NCBI GenBank assembly: GCA_947626145.1
Contig: CANQRB010000002.1
Span: 68,339-132,338, forward strand
DNA: 64,000 nucleotides
Reading direction: 5' to 3'
From: an uncultured Clostridia bacterium
GTDB taxonomy: Bacteria > Bacillota > Clostridia > UMGS1883
Position 1 is the stretch's first letter, and each line of letters starts with the position of its first letter. The position numbers were made by a program, and so were the translations under genes. The notes beneath the pieces were generated by a model. The model had not been told where the DNA came from. It saw nothing but the letters and a program-made list of their open reading frames with translations, and searched no databases. Shown in pieces: positions 27,725 through 37,199 of this stretch.

Positions 27725-30700
27725 ATGACATTCAAACAAGGCGGAATTAAGGTCATGGCGTTTGTGCTGGCTCTTGCCATGGCGCTGACCGTAATTCCCG
27801 GACTCGCCTTCGCGGCCGATTTGAGCCCCGAGCTTAGGGCGGCTTACGACGCGCTGACGATCCACAATGCGGACGACGTCCGCGAAAGCTTAAATCTCCC
27901 GTCAGTGGGGGAGAACGGCGCGGCCATCACCTGGGCCTCGTCTGACGAAAGCATAGTTTCTACAAAGGAAATTGAAAACGAAGGATATTTCCCCACCCCG
28001 GCCGGCGTCGTTACCCGGCCCGCGGCGGATACGGAGGTTACCCTTACCGCGACTCTCACCCTCGGCGGCGAGAGTGTGGAGAAGGTTTTTGACCTGACCG
28101 TAAAGGCCGCTCCGGACAACAGCGTTTCCGCCCTTGAGGTGGACAACAGCGAGGATGGGGCTTACCTTTTTGTATATTTTACCAACAACGGCAAGGCCGA
28201 GCAGCAGATATACTTTGCCGTCAGCAAGGACGGCCTCAACTGGACCGAGCTCAACAACCGCTATCCCGTGCTGATATCCACCCTTGGCGACCGTGCCGTC
28301 CGTGACCCTTACATAATCCGCAGCAACGAGGGCGACAGGTTCTACCTCATCGCCACCGACCTTGACGCCAGCGGCGGCGATTGGACCGGCTACCAGTACA
28401 ACGGCAGCAAGAACATAATGGTCTGGGAGTCCACCGACCTTATAAATTGGAGCGATCAGCGGGAGCTGCTGGCCTCCACCCTGCCCGAGCAGGGATGTAC
28501 CTGGGCGCCCGAGGTAACCTATGACCCCGAAACTCAGAACTATGTCATTTACTGGTCCTCCAAGATGACCGACGGGAGCAATCCGCGTTACAAGCTGAAC
28601 GCGGTTTATTACGCCACCACCCGCGACTTTGTGACCATGAACAGCGAAAAGCCCGAGCTCTTCGTTGAGGGCAAGCTGGGCCAGACCGGCATCGTTGAAC
28701 CCGGCGCGGACAATTACAATGAAAATATAACCGTAATCGACACCACCGTGCTCCAGTCTGAGGTTGACAATAAATTTTACCGCGTGACAAAGCACGAGGG
28801 CGAAAGCAAGGTTTTCATCGAAAGCTCCGACAAGCTTCTGGGAAAATACGAGCCGATCGCGGGTGCGAACGTTTATACCAATCCGGATTTTGCCGGCGTT
28901 GAGGGCCCCGAACTCTACCGCTTGAAGGATGGCCGCTACTGCCTGCTCCTTGACCGTTTCGGGAATGGCGGTTATATGGCCGCTGTCACGGAGGATCTTT
29001 CCACAGGCGTATTCTCCAAGATGACCGAGGCCAGCAGCTTCCCCGTGGCCCGTCACGGCGGCGTTCTGAAGATAACGGATGAGGAATACGACAGAGTGCT
29101 CAATTACTACAACAACAACGCTGAAGCAGCTGCTCCGGGCGAGGCCGGCAGCGGCCCCATTGCCGCCTATGACTTCAACGACGGTACCGCAAAGGACACT
29201 ACCGGCAACGGCAACGACGGCAAACTTATCGCCAACGCCGCTGTGGTTGACGATGCCGAAAAGGGCAAGGCGCTCAGCCTTGACGGCAGCACCGACGCCT
29301 ATATGGAGCTTCCCGTGGGACTTTTGGACGGCAGAAACGAGCTGACGGTTTCCATGGACGTGCTTCACAACAACGCGAATAATGATAATTACTTTAACTT
29401 TGCTCTGGGCAACAGCGATACCCGCTATCTTTTCGCCCGTGCCCGGGGAGATATGTCCTATGTGGCAATCACAAAAGGATCGTATCAGAATGAGGAGAGC
29501 GTTACCGGCCCCGCGGTGCCCGGCAATCAGTGGACAAATCTCACCTTCACCGTTTCCGCCGCGGACAGTACCATGAAGCTGTACATAAACGGCAAGCTCG
29601 CCGCCGAAAATGCGAACATGGATTTGACGGTCTCTGACCTGGGCAACGCCACAAAGGCATATATCGGCAAGTCTTTTTACGGCAATGACAGGTTTGCCAA
29701 TATGAAGGCAGACAATGTGGAAATTTACGACCGTGTGCTCTCCGCCGATGAGATATATGAAAAATTCTCTCCCGCACCCACCAGCATATATAGCCTGAGC
29801 GTGGACGCCGGAGAACAGGGCGCCGGCATAACTCCCGGCACCGTGGGCCTCTTCTTTGAGGATCTGAACACCGCCGCCGACGGAGGCATCTACAGCGAGC
29901 AGATCAACAACCGTTCCTTTGAGGCTCTTGACGCCAAGGGCGACAAGGTGAACCCCGCCAAGATACCCGGATTTGCGTGGACAACCGTTGGCGATGCGAC
30001 CGCCGCTTACAACACTGACGAGCCGCTTAATAACAACAACAAGACCTATCTGACGCTTACGGCCGCGGCCGAGGGCGACGGTATTGAAAACAACTGCTAC
30101 GCCGGAGACGGCAGCAACAGCACTCCCGTCAGCAAGGGCATGAACGCCGCCGCCGGTGCCAAGTACAACGCCAGCCTCTTTGTGCGGGGCAGCTACGACG
30201 GAGAAATAAAGATGCAGATCGTCAGCGGCGACAAAGTCATCGGCGACGTTACCTTTAACGGCGTGACCGACACATTCGCTAAGAAGATCGGTGTTATCAC
30301 CGCCGTCGAGGACTGCGACGACGCCCGGGTGAGAGTAGTGCTTTCCAAGCCCGGTACCGTTGACATTGATATGATCTCCCTTATTCCTCAGCAGACCTTC
30401 AACGGCCGCGACAACGGCCTCCGCGCCGATTTGGTAGAGAAGCTGGCTCTGCTTCATCCCGGCTTCCTGCGCTTCCCCGGCGGCTGCATAATCGAGGGCT
30501 ACAATCTGGCCAACCGTTACCAGTGGAAGCAGACCGTCGGCCCCGAGGAGCAGCGCATCCTCAACTGGAACCGCTGGCAGACCGAGGGCACAATGAACTA
30601 CGCCTACTGCCAGACCTTCGGACTGGGCTTCTATGAATACTTCCTCCTCTGCGAGGATCTGGGAGCGGAGCCCGTTCCTGTGCTGAACGTGGGCCTTGCC

Positions 30701-32917
30701 TGCCAGTATCAGACGAAGGAAGCTTCTTCCAAGGAGGATTTCTACAGTACGTACCTTCCCGACTTCCTTGACCTTATCGAGTTTGCCAACGGAACCCCTG
30801 CCGATGGCTGGGAGGATATTGATTACTATGCGGTAGACACCGCAAATCCCGATACCTTTGGCAACAACTGGGCCAACCTCCGCGCCCTCATGGGACATCC
30901 CGAGAGCTTTGACATGAAGTATATCGGCGTCGGCAACGAGCAGATAGACACTTCCGACTATACCAACGTTGACGCCGACGGCTGGGCTGACAACGGCAAC
31001 AACTTCTTTGCCCGTTATGAAGCCATCGAGAAGGCCGTTCATGAGGAAGATCCCGACATGAGGCTCATTTCCACCTCCGGTCCCTCCGCCGACGACGCAG
31101 GAGACCAGTACGTTGAAAACGGCGGCGTGGGAGCCTTCTCCAAGGCGTGGAACTGGGCGAACGAGAAAGTAAAGGAAAATCCCGACTTTACCTATGCCGT
31201 TGACGAGCATTACTACAAGCAGCCCGACTGGATCCTCGCCAACGTGAACCGTTACGATATGTACGACCGAGATGGCGCCGCCGTGTTCGCCGGTGAGTAC
31301 GCTTCCCGTTGGTGGGAGGAGCTTCGCGGCAACACCTGGGAGGCCGCCCTCTCCGAGGCCGCCTTCATGACCGGCTTTGAACGCAACTCCGACGTGGTCA
31401 AGATGGCCAGCTTTGCTCCACTCTTTGCCAAGGAGGGCGGTTATCAGTGGTCGCCCAACATGATCTGGTTCGACAACGCCGACAGCTACGGCACCCCCGA
31501 CTATTACGTTCAGCAGATGTACAGCCGCAACAGCGGTGACTATAATGTAAAGACTGTTTTGAATGACAAAACCGACGACTATGCAGGCATCGTGGGCGTG
31601 GGCACATGGCTCACCGCCGCAAGCTTCCGCGATTTGAAGGTCGTAAACGACGACACCGGCGAGGAGATAAAGGTTGACGGATGGCAGGATACCACCGAAG
31701 GCAGCTTTGCCAAGGGCGGCGACTGGACGGTAAACGAGGACGGCTCGGCGGCCCAAACCAATATCGGAGCCGATAACGGAACCTATCTCTTTGCGAATAT
31801 GGAACCTGTTACCGCCAGGAATTTCACCGTGACGCTTAAGGCCACCAAGACCGACGGCGCCGAGGGCTTCACCGTTCCCATTATGGCCAAAGACAATAAC
31901 AACCTTATCCACTGGAACGTGGGCGGCTGGGGCAACAACGCTTCCTCCTTTGAAAACCGCGTAAACGGCGGAAATAACAGGGTTGGCGACTATGTGGGCA
32001 CTGTCCTTGAAACTGGCCGCGAGTACGAGCTGAAGATAGTTGCCAAGAACGGCACTCTTTACGGCTATATTGACGGCAAGCTCATCAACACCTTCAATTA
32101 CGACACCGACACCGTCTATGCCAACGCCATTAAGGACGAGGCCACCGGCGATGTGATCGTAAAGCTTATCAATTATTCCAATAACAGGGTCAGCCTTCCC
32201 ATTGAAATAAAGAATGCCGACCTGACCGGCAAGGCCACCGAATATCTCATGACAGGAGAATTCCTTGACAAGAACAGCCTTGCCGATCCCGAAAAGGTTG
32301 CTCCCGTGCGCAGCGAGATCGACCTTGCCTCCGGCGAAGTCTACACCATGCCCGAGTACAGCTTTGCGGTGCTCAGGTTCCACACCGGCGGCACGGTTGC
32401 CGTAAACAAGATCGACACCGTGGAGCTCACCGTTGACCTTGACAGTGACTTTGAGCTTCCCTCAAGCGTAACGGTATACACCGGCGATGGCGGCGAGGAG
32501 CAGCGGTCAGTCAGGTGGATACTTCCCGAGGCCGGCGTATTCGCCAACGAGGGCACCTTCAAGGTGTTCGGCCGCGTGGACGGCACCGAGCTTGACGCCG
32601 TGGCCATTGTGACCGTGGTCGCCAACACCGGAAAGCTTCCCGTAATCGACGCCGACATTGACGCTCTGATAGACGGCGAGGACGCTTTGATCTCCTTCAA
32701 TGCCGAGACCGCCGGCAGCTACAGAGGTATCGTTGCTGTCTACGGCGAGAACGGCATGGAGTCCGTACAGACCGTCGAGTTTACAGGCACTCACGGCGAA
32801 ATGACCGTCAAGGGTGCGGATCTGACCGGCAAGACCGTGAAGATCATGCTCTGGACAGCCGATGGGGTCAAGCCCGTCACCGACGCTGTTACGGTCGATC
32901 CCTCCGCGAATGGCTGA
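27725..32917 (+). CDS. secreted 1730-aa multidomain glycoside hydrolase: GH43, LamG/ConA-like lectin domain, GH51-like alpha-L-arabinofuranosidase, and C-terminal beta-sandwich/Ig-like modules
   Basis: Signal peptide. GH43 five-bladed propeller motifs (VRDPYIIRSNEGDRFYLIATD, WAPEV). LamG-like middle domain. GH51 motifs (FFEDLN..GG.Y, RFPGGC..EG, acid/base GVGNEQ, nucleophile FAGEYA). Confidence 0.85.
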   Translation: MTFKQGGIKVMAFVLALAMALTVIPGLAFAADLSPELRAAYDALTIHNADDVRESLNLPSVGENGAAITWASSDESIVSTKEIENEGYFPTPAGVVTRPAADTEVTLTATLTLGGESVEKVFDLTVKAAPDNSVSALEVDNSEDGAYLFVYFTNNGKAEQQIYFAVSKDGLNWTELNNRYPVLISTLGDRAVRDPYIIRSNEGDRFYLIATDLDASGGDWTGYQYNGSKNIMVWESTDLINWSDQRELLASTLPEQGCTWAPEVTYDPETQNYVIYWSSKMTDGSNPRYKLNAVYYATTRDFVTMNSEKPELFVEGKLGQTGIVEPGADNYNENITVIDTTVLQSEVDNKFYRVTKHEGESKVFIESSDKLLGKYEPIAGANVYTNPDFAGVEGPELYRLKDGRYCLLLDRFGNGGYMAAVTEDLSTGVFSKMTEASSFPVARHGGVLKITDEEYDRVLNYYNNNAEAAAPGEAGSGPIAAYDFNDGTAKDTTGNGNDGKLIANAAVVDDAEKGKALSLDGSTDAYMELPVGLLDGRNELTVSMDVLHNNANNDNYFNFALGNSDTRYLFARARGDMSYVAITKGSYQNEESVTGPAVPGNQWTNLTFTVSAADSTMKLYINGKLAAENANMDLTVSDLGNATKAYIGKSFYGNDRFANMKADNVEIYDRVLSADEIYEKFSPAPTSIYSLSVDAGEQGAGITPGTVGLFFEDLNTAADGGIYSEQINNRSFEALDAKGDKVNPAKIPGFAWTTVGDATAAYNTDEPLNNNNKTYLTLTAAAEGDGIENNCYAGDGSNSTPVSKGMNAAAGAKYNASLFVRGSYDGEIKMQIVSGDKVIGDVTFNGVTDTFAKKIGVITAVEDCDDARVRVVLSKPGTVDIDMISLIPQQTFNGRDNGLRADLVEKLALLHPGFLRFPGGCIIEGYNLANRYQWKQTVGPEEQRILNWNRWQTEGTMNYAYCQTFGLGFYEYFLLCEDLGAEPVPVLNVGLACQYQTKEASSKEDFYSTYLPDFLDLIEFANGTPADGWEDIDYYAVDTANPDTFGNNWANLRALMGHPESFDMKYIGVGNEQIDTSDYTNVDADGWADNGNNFFARYEAIEKAVHEEDPDMRLISTSGPSADDAGDQYVENGGVGAFSKAWNWANEKVKENPDFTYAVDEHYYKQPDWILANVNRYDMYDRDGAAVFAGEYASRWWEELRGNTWEAALSEAAFMTGFERNSDVVKMASFAPLFAKEGGYQWSPNMIWFDNADSYGTPDYYVQQMYSRNSGDYNVKTVLNDKTDDYAGIVGVGTWLTAASFRDLKVVNDDTGEEIKVDGWQDTTEGSFAKGGDWTVNEDGSAAQTNIGADNGTYLFANMEPVTARNFTVTLKATKTDGAEGFTVPIMAKDNNNLIHWNVGGWGNNASSFENRVNGGNNRVGDYVGTVLETGREYELKIVAKNGTLYGYIDGKLINTFNYDTDTVYANAIKDEATGDVIVKLINYSNNRVSLPIEIKNADLTGKATEYLMTGEFLDKNSLADPEKVAPVRSEIDLASGEVYTMPEYSFAVLRFHTGGTVAVNKIDTVELTVDLDSDFELPSSVTVYTGDGGEEQRSVRWILPEAGVFANEGTFKVFGRVDGTELDAVAIVTVVANTGKLPVIDADIDALIDGEDALISFNAETAGSYRGIVAVYGENGMESVQTVEFTGTHGEMTVKGADLTGKTVKIMLWTADGVKPVTDAVTVDPSANG

Positions 32918-32929
32918 TTAAGCAACAGA

Positions 32930-32962
32930 AATCGCTCCCCTTCGGGGGAGCGATTTTGTGTT
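32930..32962. terminator. bidirectional Rho-independent terminator (convergent GH gene and nadE)
   Basis: aatcgctcccc-ttcg-ggggagcgatt followed by ttgtgtt. Confidence 0.7.
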
Positions 32963-33019
32963 GGTTCTGTGTTCCAAAATATAGACGACGGCGTATTTCT
33001 CTCGAAATATAGAATTTTT

Positions 33020-33757
33020 TTATTCCCCGATTTTCGGGTCAAAGCTGGGCATGAGCTGGAGCTTAAACAGATTGGCCTTATGCTTGCGGTCGATGAGCTC
33101 CTTCTTGGCCTGGTCGTCGATCTTTCCGGTGCGGATATACACGTCAAGCTCAGCGTAGGTGAAGCCAAGGTTTTCCTCGTCGGTCTTTCCGCAAAGGCCG
33201 TCGATGGGCACCTTATCAACAAGCTCGCTCGGCACGCCGAGGATGCGGCCCACCTCCTTAAGCTCCGTCACCGTCAGGTGGGAGAGGGGAGAGAAGTCCC
33301 CCGCCGCATCGCCGTACCGTGTGGAATAGCCCACCCAGTCCTCGGAGAGGTTGCAGGTGTTTGCCACCCTGCCGTTGGAGGACTGGCCTATGGCGTACAG
33401 CGTGGCCATCCTTATCCGGGCGGGGAGGTTGGTTCTCGACTGCTCGGAAATCTCCAGCCCCTCGGGCATACTGTTCAGCAGGGCGTCCACGGCGTCCTTT
33501 ATATTAACGACATAATGCTTAATGCCAAGGTGATTTACCAGCTTATAGGCCATGCCTATGTCGTGCTGTTCGCCCTTTGGCATCAGAACGCCGATAACCC
33601 TGTCCCGTCCAAGGGCCTCAACACACAGGGCCGCCGTTATGGAGCTGTCCTTGCCGCCGGATATACCCACGATGGCGTTGCAGCCCGGCCCGTTTTCCTC
33701 GAAAAATTTCCTTATCCACTCCACGCACTGATCCTTGATTTTTATAGCGTCAAACAT
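33020..33757 (-). CDS. nadE: ammonia-dependent NAD(+) synthetase
   Basis: PP-loop ATP-pyrophosphatase signature GISGGKDSS; the size (245 aa) and overall similarity fit NadE. Confidence 0.9.
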   Translation of the reverse strand: MFDAIKIKDQCVEWIRKFFEENGPGCNAIVGISGGKDSSITAALCVEALGRDRVIGVLMPKGEQHDIGMAYKLVNHLGIKHYVVNIKDAVDALLNSMPEGLEISEQSRTNLPARIRMATLYAIGQSSNGRVANTCNLSEDWVGYSTRYGDAAGDFSPLSHLTVTELKEVGRILGVPSELVDKVPIDGLCGKTDEENLGFTYAELDVYIRTGKIDDQAKKELIDRKHKANLFKLQLMPSFDPKIGE

Positions 33758-33790
33758 AGCTTTATACCTCCGTTTCGTATTTTTTACATT

Positions 33791-33819
33791 ATTATACTAC
33801 ACAAAAACGGATTTTTCAA
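33791..33819 (-). promoter_or_regulatory. sigma-A type promoter of nadE
   Basis: Minus strand: TTGAAA, 17-nt spacer, TATAAT. Confidence 0.5.
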
Positions 33820-33881
33820 TCATTTTTTATGCTATGTTATCGACCTGTTTTTTCATTTATGTTAAAGGATGTACGGGATTT

Positions 33882-34928
33882 TTAATCCGCCGTTTTCGGA
33901 GCCTCGCTGCGGTCATAGATGACGCTGTGTACGGTTCCGTCGGGGTTGTGGGTTTCGGAGCGGCTTTCAAACACCTCCGCCCCGTTTACCTCAAAAATGT
34001 GCTTTTCCACGAGCGCGCCGTCCTCGCTGTATTTTGCCCATGTGAGAGTGCCGTCGGCCTCGCTGCCGTCCCAGGACGTTTCGTAAACAAAGCGCTCGCC
34101 GTCCTCCAGATATTCCTGCGTGCCGATAAAGTCGGGATACTTCCAATATTCCCCGTCCTTTTTCATTTCAGAGAAACGGTTCGACGCCTCGGCGCTCATG
34201 TCCGGCAGAATCGTATCAAGGTCGGAATAGCTGCAGACCTCCGCCTCATGGCCGATACTCTCCACATAATTTCGGACATGGCTGAATTCCTGCTCTTGCA
34301 GTTCGTCGTATCTGTCCTGAGCGTCAATGGCCTCATCCCAAAGGTCAGGAGGGAACATCTCCTTTATGGACGGCAGATAATAGCTGCCGTCCTCGGGCGC
34401 GCTGATGCCCTCCATAACAAAGCTGCCCTCCGGATTTTCAATCACCTCAAATTTCATGGGTATGGCTCCGCTGCCGCTGTCCTTGACGAATTTTCCGTTT
34501 ATAAAGGAGTAGCCGCCGATAGATGTAATGGCGTAAACAGTGTGTCTCTTTTTGCCGTCTGTTGGATGCTCCCTGACGTCGTCCCGCAGGATAATGTGCC
34601 CGCTGGACCAGAACTCCGGATCGGCATAGCCGCCGCTGCCGGAAATGAGGGCCGCCGATATTGCCTTGTCCAAACTGTCAAATTCAGATGGCCCGACGTT
34701 ATTCTCCGGCCCGACCGCCTGACCGTTGGTGCTTGTCGGCGGTTCCTCGCTCTTACAGGCCACCAGCGCGCCGGCAGAAAAAGCGGTCACGGCCGCGAGG
34801 GCGATAAGTCCCGCGCCCAGCTTCTTTGTCTTTGTGCTAAGTATGTTTGCAAAACGTTCCTTCGCTTTTTCGCCGCTCTCGCTGAAGGACGTGGACAGGA
34901 ACGGCGGCTCAATAAATTGCTTCTTCAT
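33882..34928 (-). CDS. BlaR1-family C-terminal cassette 2: junction motif + TM + ~290-aa extracytoplasmic domain (stand-alone)
   Basis: Begins MKKQFIEPPFLSTSFSESGEKAKERFANIL, then a TM helix. Has its own GAGGGGG RBS. The N-terminal ~60 aa are homologous to cassette 1, but the ectodomain is unrelated. Confidence 0.65.
   Translation of the reverse strand: MKKQFIEPPFLSTSFSESGEKAKERFANILSTKTKKLGAGLIALAAVTAFSAGALVACKSEEPPTSTNGQAVGPENNVGPSEFDSLDKAISAALISGSGGYADPEFWSSGHIILRDDVREHPTDGKKRHTVYAITSIGGYSFINGKFVKDSGSGAIPMKFEVIENPEGSFVMEGISAPEDGSYYLPSIKEMFPPDLWDEAIDAQDRYDELQEQEFSHVRNYVESIGHEAEVCSYSDLDTILPDMSAEASNRFSEMKKDGEYWKYPDFIGTQEYLEDGERFVYETSWDGSEADGTLTWAKYSEDGALVEKHIFEVNGAEVFESRSETHNPDGTVHSVIYDRSEAPKTAD
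34741..34928 (-). repeat. ~190-bp junction module, copy 2 (homologous to 35761-35961)
   Basis: Nucleotide alignment within the window: a ~60-nt core is >90% identical (cgccgctctcgctgaaggacgtggacagga), with flanks ~75% identical. Confidence 0.7.
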
Positions 34929-35973
34929 ACTCGTTTTCCCCCTCGATGTAAAATAGTGTCCGCACCTTTATGGGCTCCAAATTTGCGCTGCTCATCAAAT
35001 AGTGCATAATGCCCTCGTGGGTAAGGCTTGTATCGTCCAGCAGATAAAAGTTCGCCGCTCCGTAGTCATTAAAAACTCTGAGATGGTCGTACTCGCCGTA
35101 ATCCAGATACAGGCCGTCGCCGAACCTGTCGCGGCTGTTGTCCTTGCCGCCGTAATAGCGGTACCCGTCATAGACCAGCCTTGAAAGAATCGGGTCGCCC
35201 TCAACGGTGTACTGTACCACGTCAAGGGAGGCCGGGCGGCGATTTTTCACGTCCTCCAGAAAAGTGTCCAGAAGCGGCCTGTTCTCCGCGCCCATGTAGT
35301 TTAACACAAGGGCGTGCTCCCGAAACTCCTCCGGCTCAGCGGCTTCGAGATATTCCCGAACGGTAGGACTTTCGATCTCCGCCATGGCGCCGGCGTACCG
35401 CCGCGCAAAGGCACCGGCGTTGGTGCCGTCACCGGTGTCCGCTTTCCTTGGGTTATGCCATTCGGTGCCGCCGCTCCCGTCGCGCCAGGCCACGGAATTC
35501 AGCTCCGGCTCAAGGATCAGTATGAGGTCGGCGTACTGCAGCATTATGCGGCAGCAGTCGTACTCTCCCTTTTCGCCGAAGGGCTCCGCAAAGGACAGCA
35601 TTACCTCGGGCATATTGTCCGCCGTTCCGTCGCCGTAGTTTATTTCCGTTTCAAAGGGGCCAAGCCTGCCGGCGATATCAAGCGCGGAGGTTATTTCGTC
35701 GATGTCCCCGCCCCGCAGAGCGTAAAGCTCCGTCGCCTTGCCGGTCAGTATGGTTTCCTCCTCGAGCGGCGCGGGCCTCTCATTTTTACAGGCCACCAGC
35801 GCCCCGACGGCGAAAACGGTCACGACCGCAAGAGCGATGATCCCCGCACCCGACTTTTTAGTCCCCGTGTCCAGTATGTTCGCAAAGCGGTCTTTCGCCT
35901 TTTTGCCGCTCTCGCTGAAGGACGTGGACAGGAAGGGAGGGGAGATGTATTTATTTTTCATGGATTGCCCCAC
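34909..35973 (-). CDS. BlaR1-family C-terminal cassette 1: junction motif + TM + ~290-aa extracytoplasmic domain
   Basis: Begins (MGQS)MKNKYISPPFLSTSFSESGKKAKDRFANIL, then a TM helix. Its ATG at 35961 lies inside the last codons of the M56 gene at an A5 tract. Confidence 0.65.
   Translation of the reverse strand: MGQSMKNKYISPPFLSTSFSESGKKAKDRFANILDTGTKKSGAGIIALAVVTVFAVGALVACKNERPAPLEEETILTGKATELYALRGGDIDEITSALDIAGRLGPFETEINYGDGTADNMPEVMLSFAEPFGEKGEYDCCRIMLQYADLILILEPELNSVAWRDGSGGTEWHNPRKADTGDGTNAGAFARRYAGAMAEIESPTVREYLEAAEPEEFREHALVLNYMGAENRPLLDTFLEDVKNRRPASLDVVQYTVEGDPILSRLVYDGYRYYGGKDNSRDRFGDGLYLDYGEYDHLRVFNDYGAANFYLLDDTSLTHEGIMHYLMSSANLEPIKVRTLFYIEGENEYEEAIY
35761..35961 (-). repeat. ~190-bp junction module, copy 1
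   Basis: See copy 2. Confidence 0.7.
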
Positions 35974-36760
35974 CTCGTTTCATGGTTTTTAATACCGTCA
36001 TGGAGTAAAGCCTGCGGAACTCCATATCCTTACCTCTTGTCACGGCGTCGTCGCAGGAGTATTCCAGGTCACGGTTGGCCTGACGCACCATGAGGTACAC
36101 AAGGGGATTGAACCAGTGGGCGGCGTTGGCTGTCAGGAGCAGCAGCTTGTACCACAGATCCCTGCGGCGGAAGTGGGTGTATTCATGGGCGAAAACCACA
36201 TTCAGCTCCTCGGGGGTCAGCTCAATTTCCGGCAGAAGTATTTCCGGCTTAAAAAATCCGGTGAGCATGGGGCTTTCGATGGCGCCGCACCGGAACACCG
36301 GCACCCCCTTATAGTCCCCCTCGGGTCGCAGCCGTGACCTAACAGTCAGCTTAAACCGCCAATAAATTATGATGTGAAACAGCATAAATCCTGCCGCGCC
36401 AACAGCCCAGATAATGAGGAGCAGCCGTTCCAGCGTCATTACCGGAGCGTAAGCGGCGGAATTGACGGCGGCCGCCGGGTCGGAGGCGGCCCTTTCCCTC
36501 CGCTTGCTTTCAGGCATCACGGTGACGGGCAGAGCGGCGCCGGGAGGACTTATGACCACAGTCCGCTCCGGCGCGGTGATGGTCACCGGAGCCTCGGGCA
36601 GTGCAAAGCTCACGGGAATGAGGAGCCGCACCGCCAAAATGAGCCACAGGATGTATTTTCCCTTCGCCATATACCGTTTGTCAATAAATTTGTTGAGTAT
36701 GAGCACCAAAAGGATAACCACCGACACCGAAAGGGAAATTTCAAGAACCGTCGAAATCAT
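35951..36760 (-). CDS. BlaR1/MecR1-family M56 peptidase, transmembrane protease domain only (269 aa; no in-frame sensor domain)
   Basis: HExxH zinc motif (FAHEYTHF) in the typical M56 context, with four TM segments. The ORF stops at HEK*, immediately before the conserved post-protease motif that continues in the next ORF. Confidence 0.8.
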   Translation of the reverse strand: MISTVLEISLSVSVVILLVLILNKFIDKRYMAKGKYILWLILAVRLLIPVSFALPEAPVTITAPERTVVISPPGAALPVTVMPESKRRERAASDPAAAVNSAAYAPVMTLERLLLIIWAVGAAGFMLFHIIIYWRFKLTVRSRLRPEGDYKGVPVFRCGAIESPMLTGFFKPEILLPEIELTPEELNVVFAHEYTHFRRRDLWYKLLLLTANAAHWFNPLVYLMVRQANRDLEYSCDDAVTRGKDMEFRRLYSMTVLKTMKRGGAIHEK

Positions 36761-37128
36761 TCCTTTGCCCCCCTGATAAAGTCCTCCAGTTCAGCAAGGT
36801 CAGAGTCGGTGATGGCCCGCCCGTCATAGAGCGACGCCACCAGCGCGGTCAGGGAGCCCATATGTACCTTTTGCAAAAAGCTTGCGCTTTCCCGCCGAAC
36901 GTAATCCTCCCGATCCACAAGAGGGGTATAGACGTTTATCTTTCCCCGCTTTTCACAGCTGAGGAAGCCGCGGTCGCAGAGCCGCGACAGGAAGTTCAGC
37001 AGCGTGGATTTTTTCCAGCTTTTGTGCAGCCTTTCCAGCAGCATTTCGGAGGTCACGGGCCCGCCCTCGTCCCACACGGCCATCATTATTTCAAATTCGC
37101 TGTCCGGCAGTCTTTTGTTTTCCGTCAT
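36757..37128 (-). CDS. BlaI/MecI/CopY family transcriptional repressor
   Basis: Winged-helix N-terminus (SEFEIMMAVWDEGGPVTSEMLLERL...STLLNFLSRLCDRGFL) and a C-terminal dimerisation helix. 4-nt overlap with the M56 gene. ATG start at 37128 with an AGGGTG RBS. Confidence 0.85.
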   Translation of the reverse strand: MTENKRLPDSEFEIMMAVWDEGGPVTSEMLLERLHKSWKKSTLLNFLSRLCDRGFLSCEKRGKINVYTPLVDREDYVRRESASFLQKVHMGSLTALVASLYDGRAITDSDLAELEDFIRGAKE

Positions 37129-37140
37129 AAAAATCACCCT

Positions 37141-37186
37141 ATATTTTACATTTGTCTAATTTCAATTTATATTTTACACCTGTCGA
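37141..37186 (-). promoter_or_regulatory. two BlaI-type operator half-dyads (TACA-N-TGT) overlapping the blaI promoter and transcription start
   Basis: Direct repeats atattttacatttgtc / atattttacacctgtc. BlaI/MecI operators are built on TACA/TGTA dyads. Confidence 0.4.
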
Positions 37187-37199
37187 ATATATTTGTCAA
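37171..37199 (-). promoter_or_regulatory. sigma-A type promoter of the blaI-M56 operon
   Basis: Minus strand: TTGACA, 17-nt spacer, TAAAAT. Confidence 0.5.

Noticed and set aside
27902-32383. 1493-aa ORF on the minus strand
   Set aside because: Antisense to the well-supported 1730-aa GH43/GH51 gene. The translation is low-complexity and Gly/Ala/Val-rich, typical of high-GC antisense frames, with no RBS or promoter.
35951-35973. Programmed +1 ribosomal frameshift at AAA-UAA joining the M56 and cassette 1 genes
   Set aside because: Kept only as an alternative within the main finding. The downstream gene has its own good RBS and start, so ordinary translational coupling or a homopolymer indel is more parsimonious.
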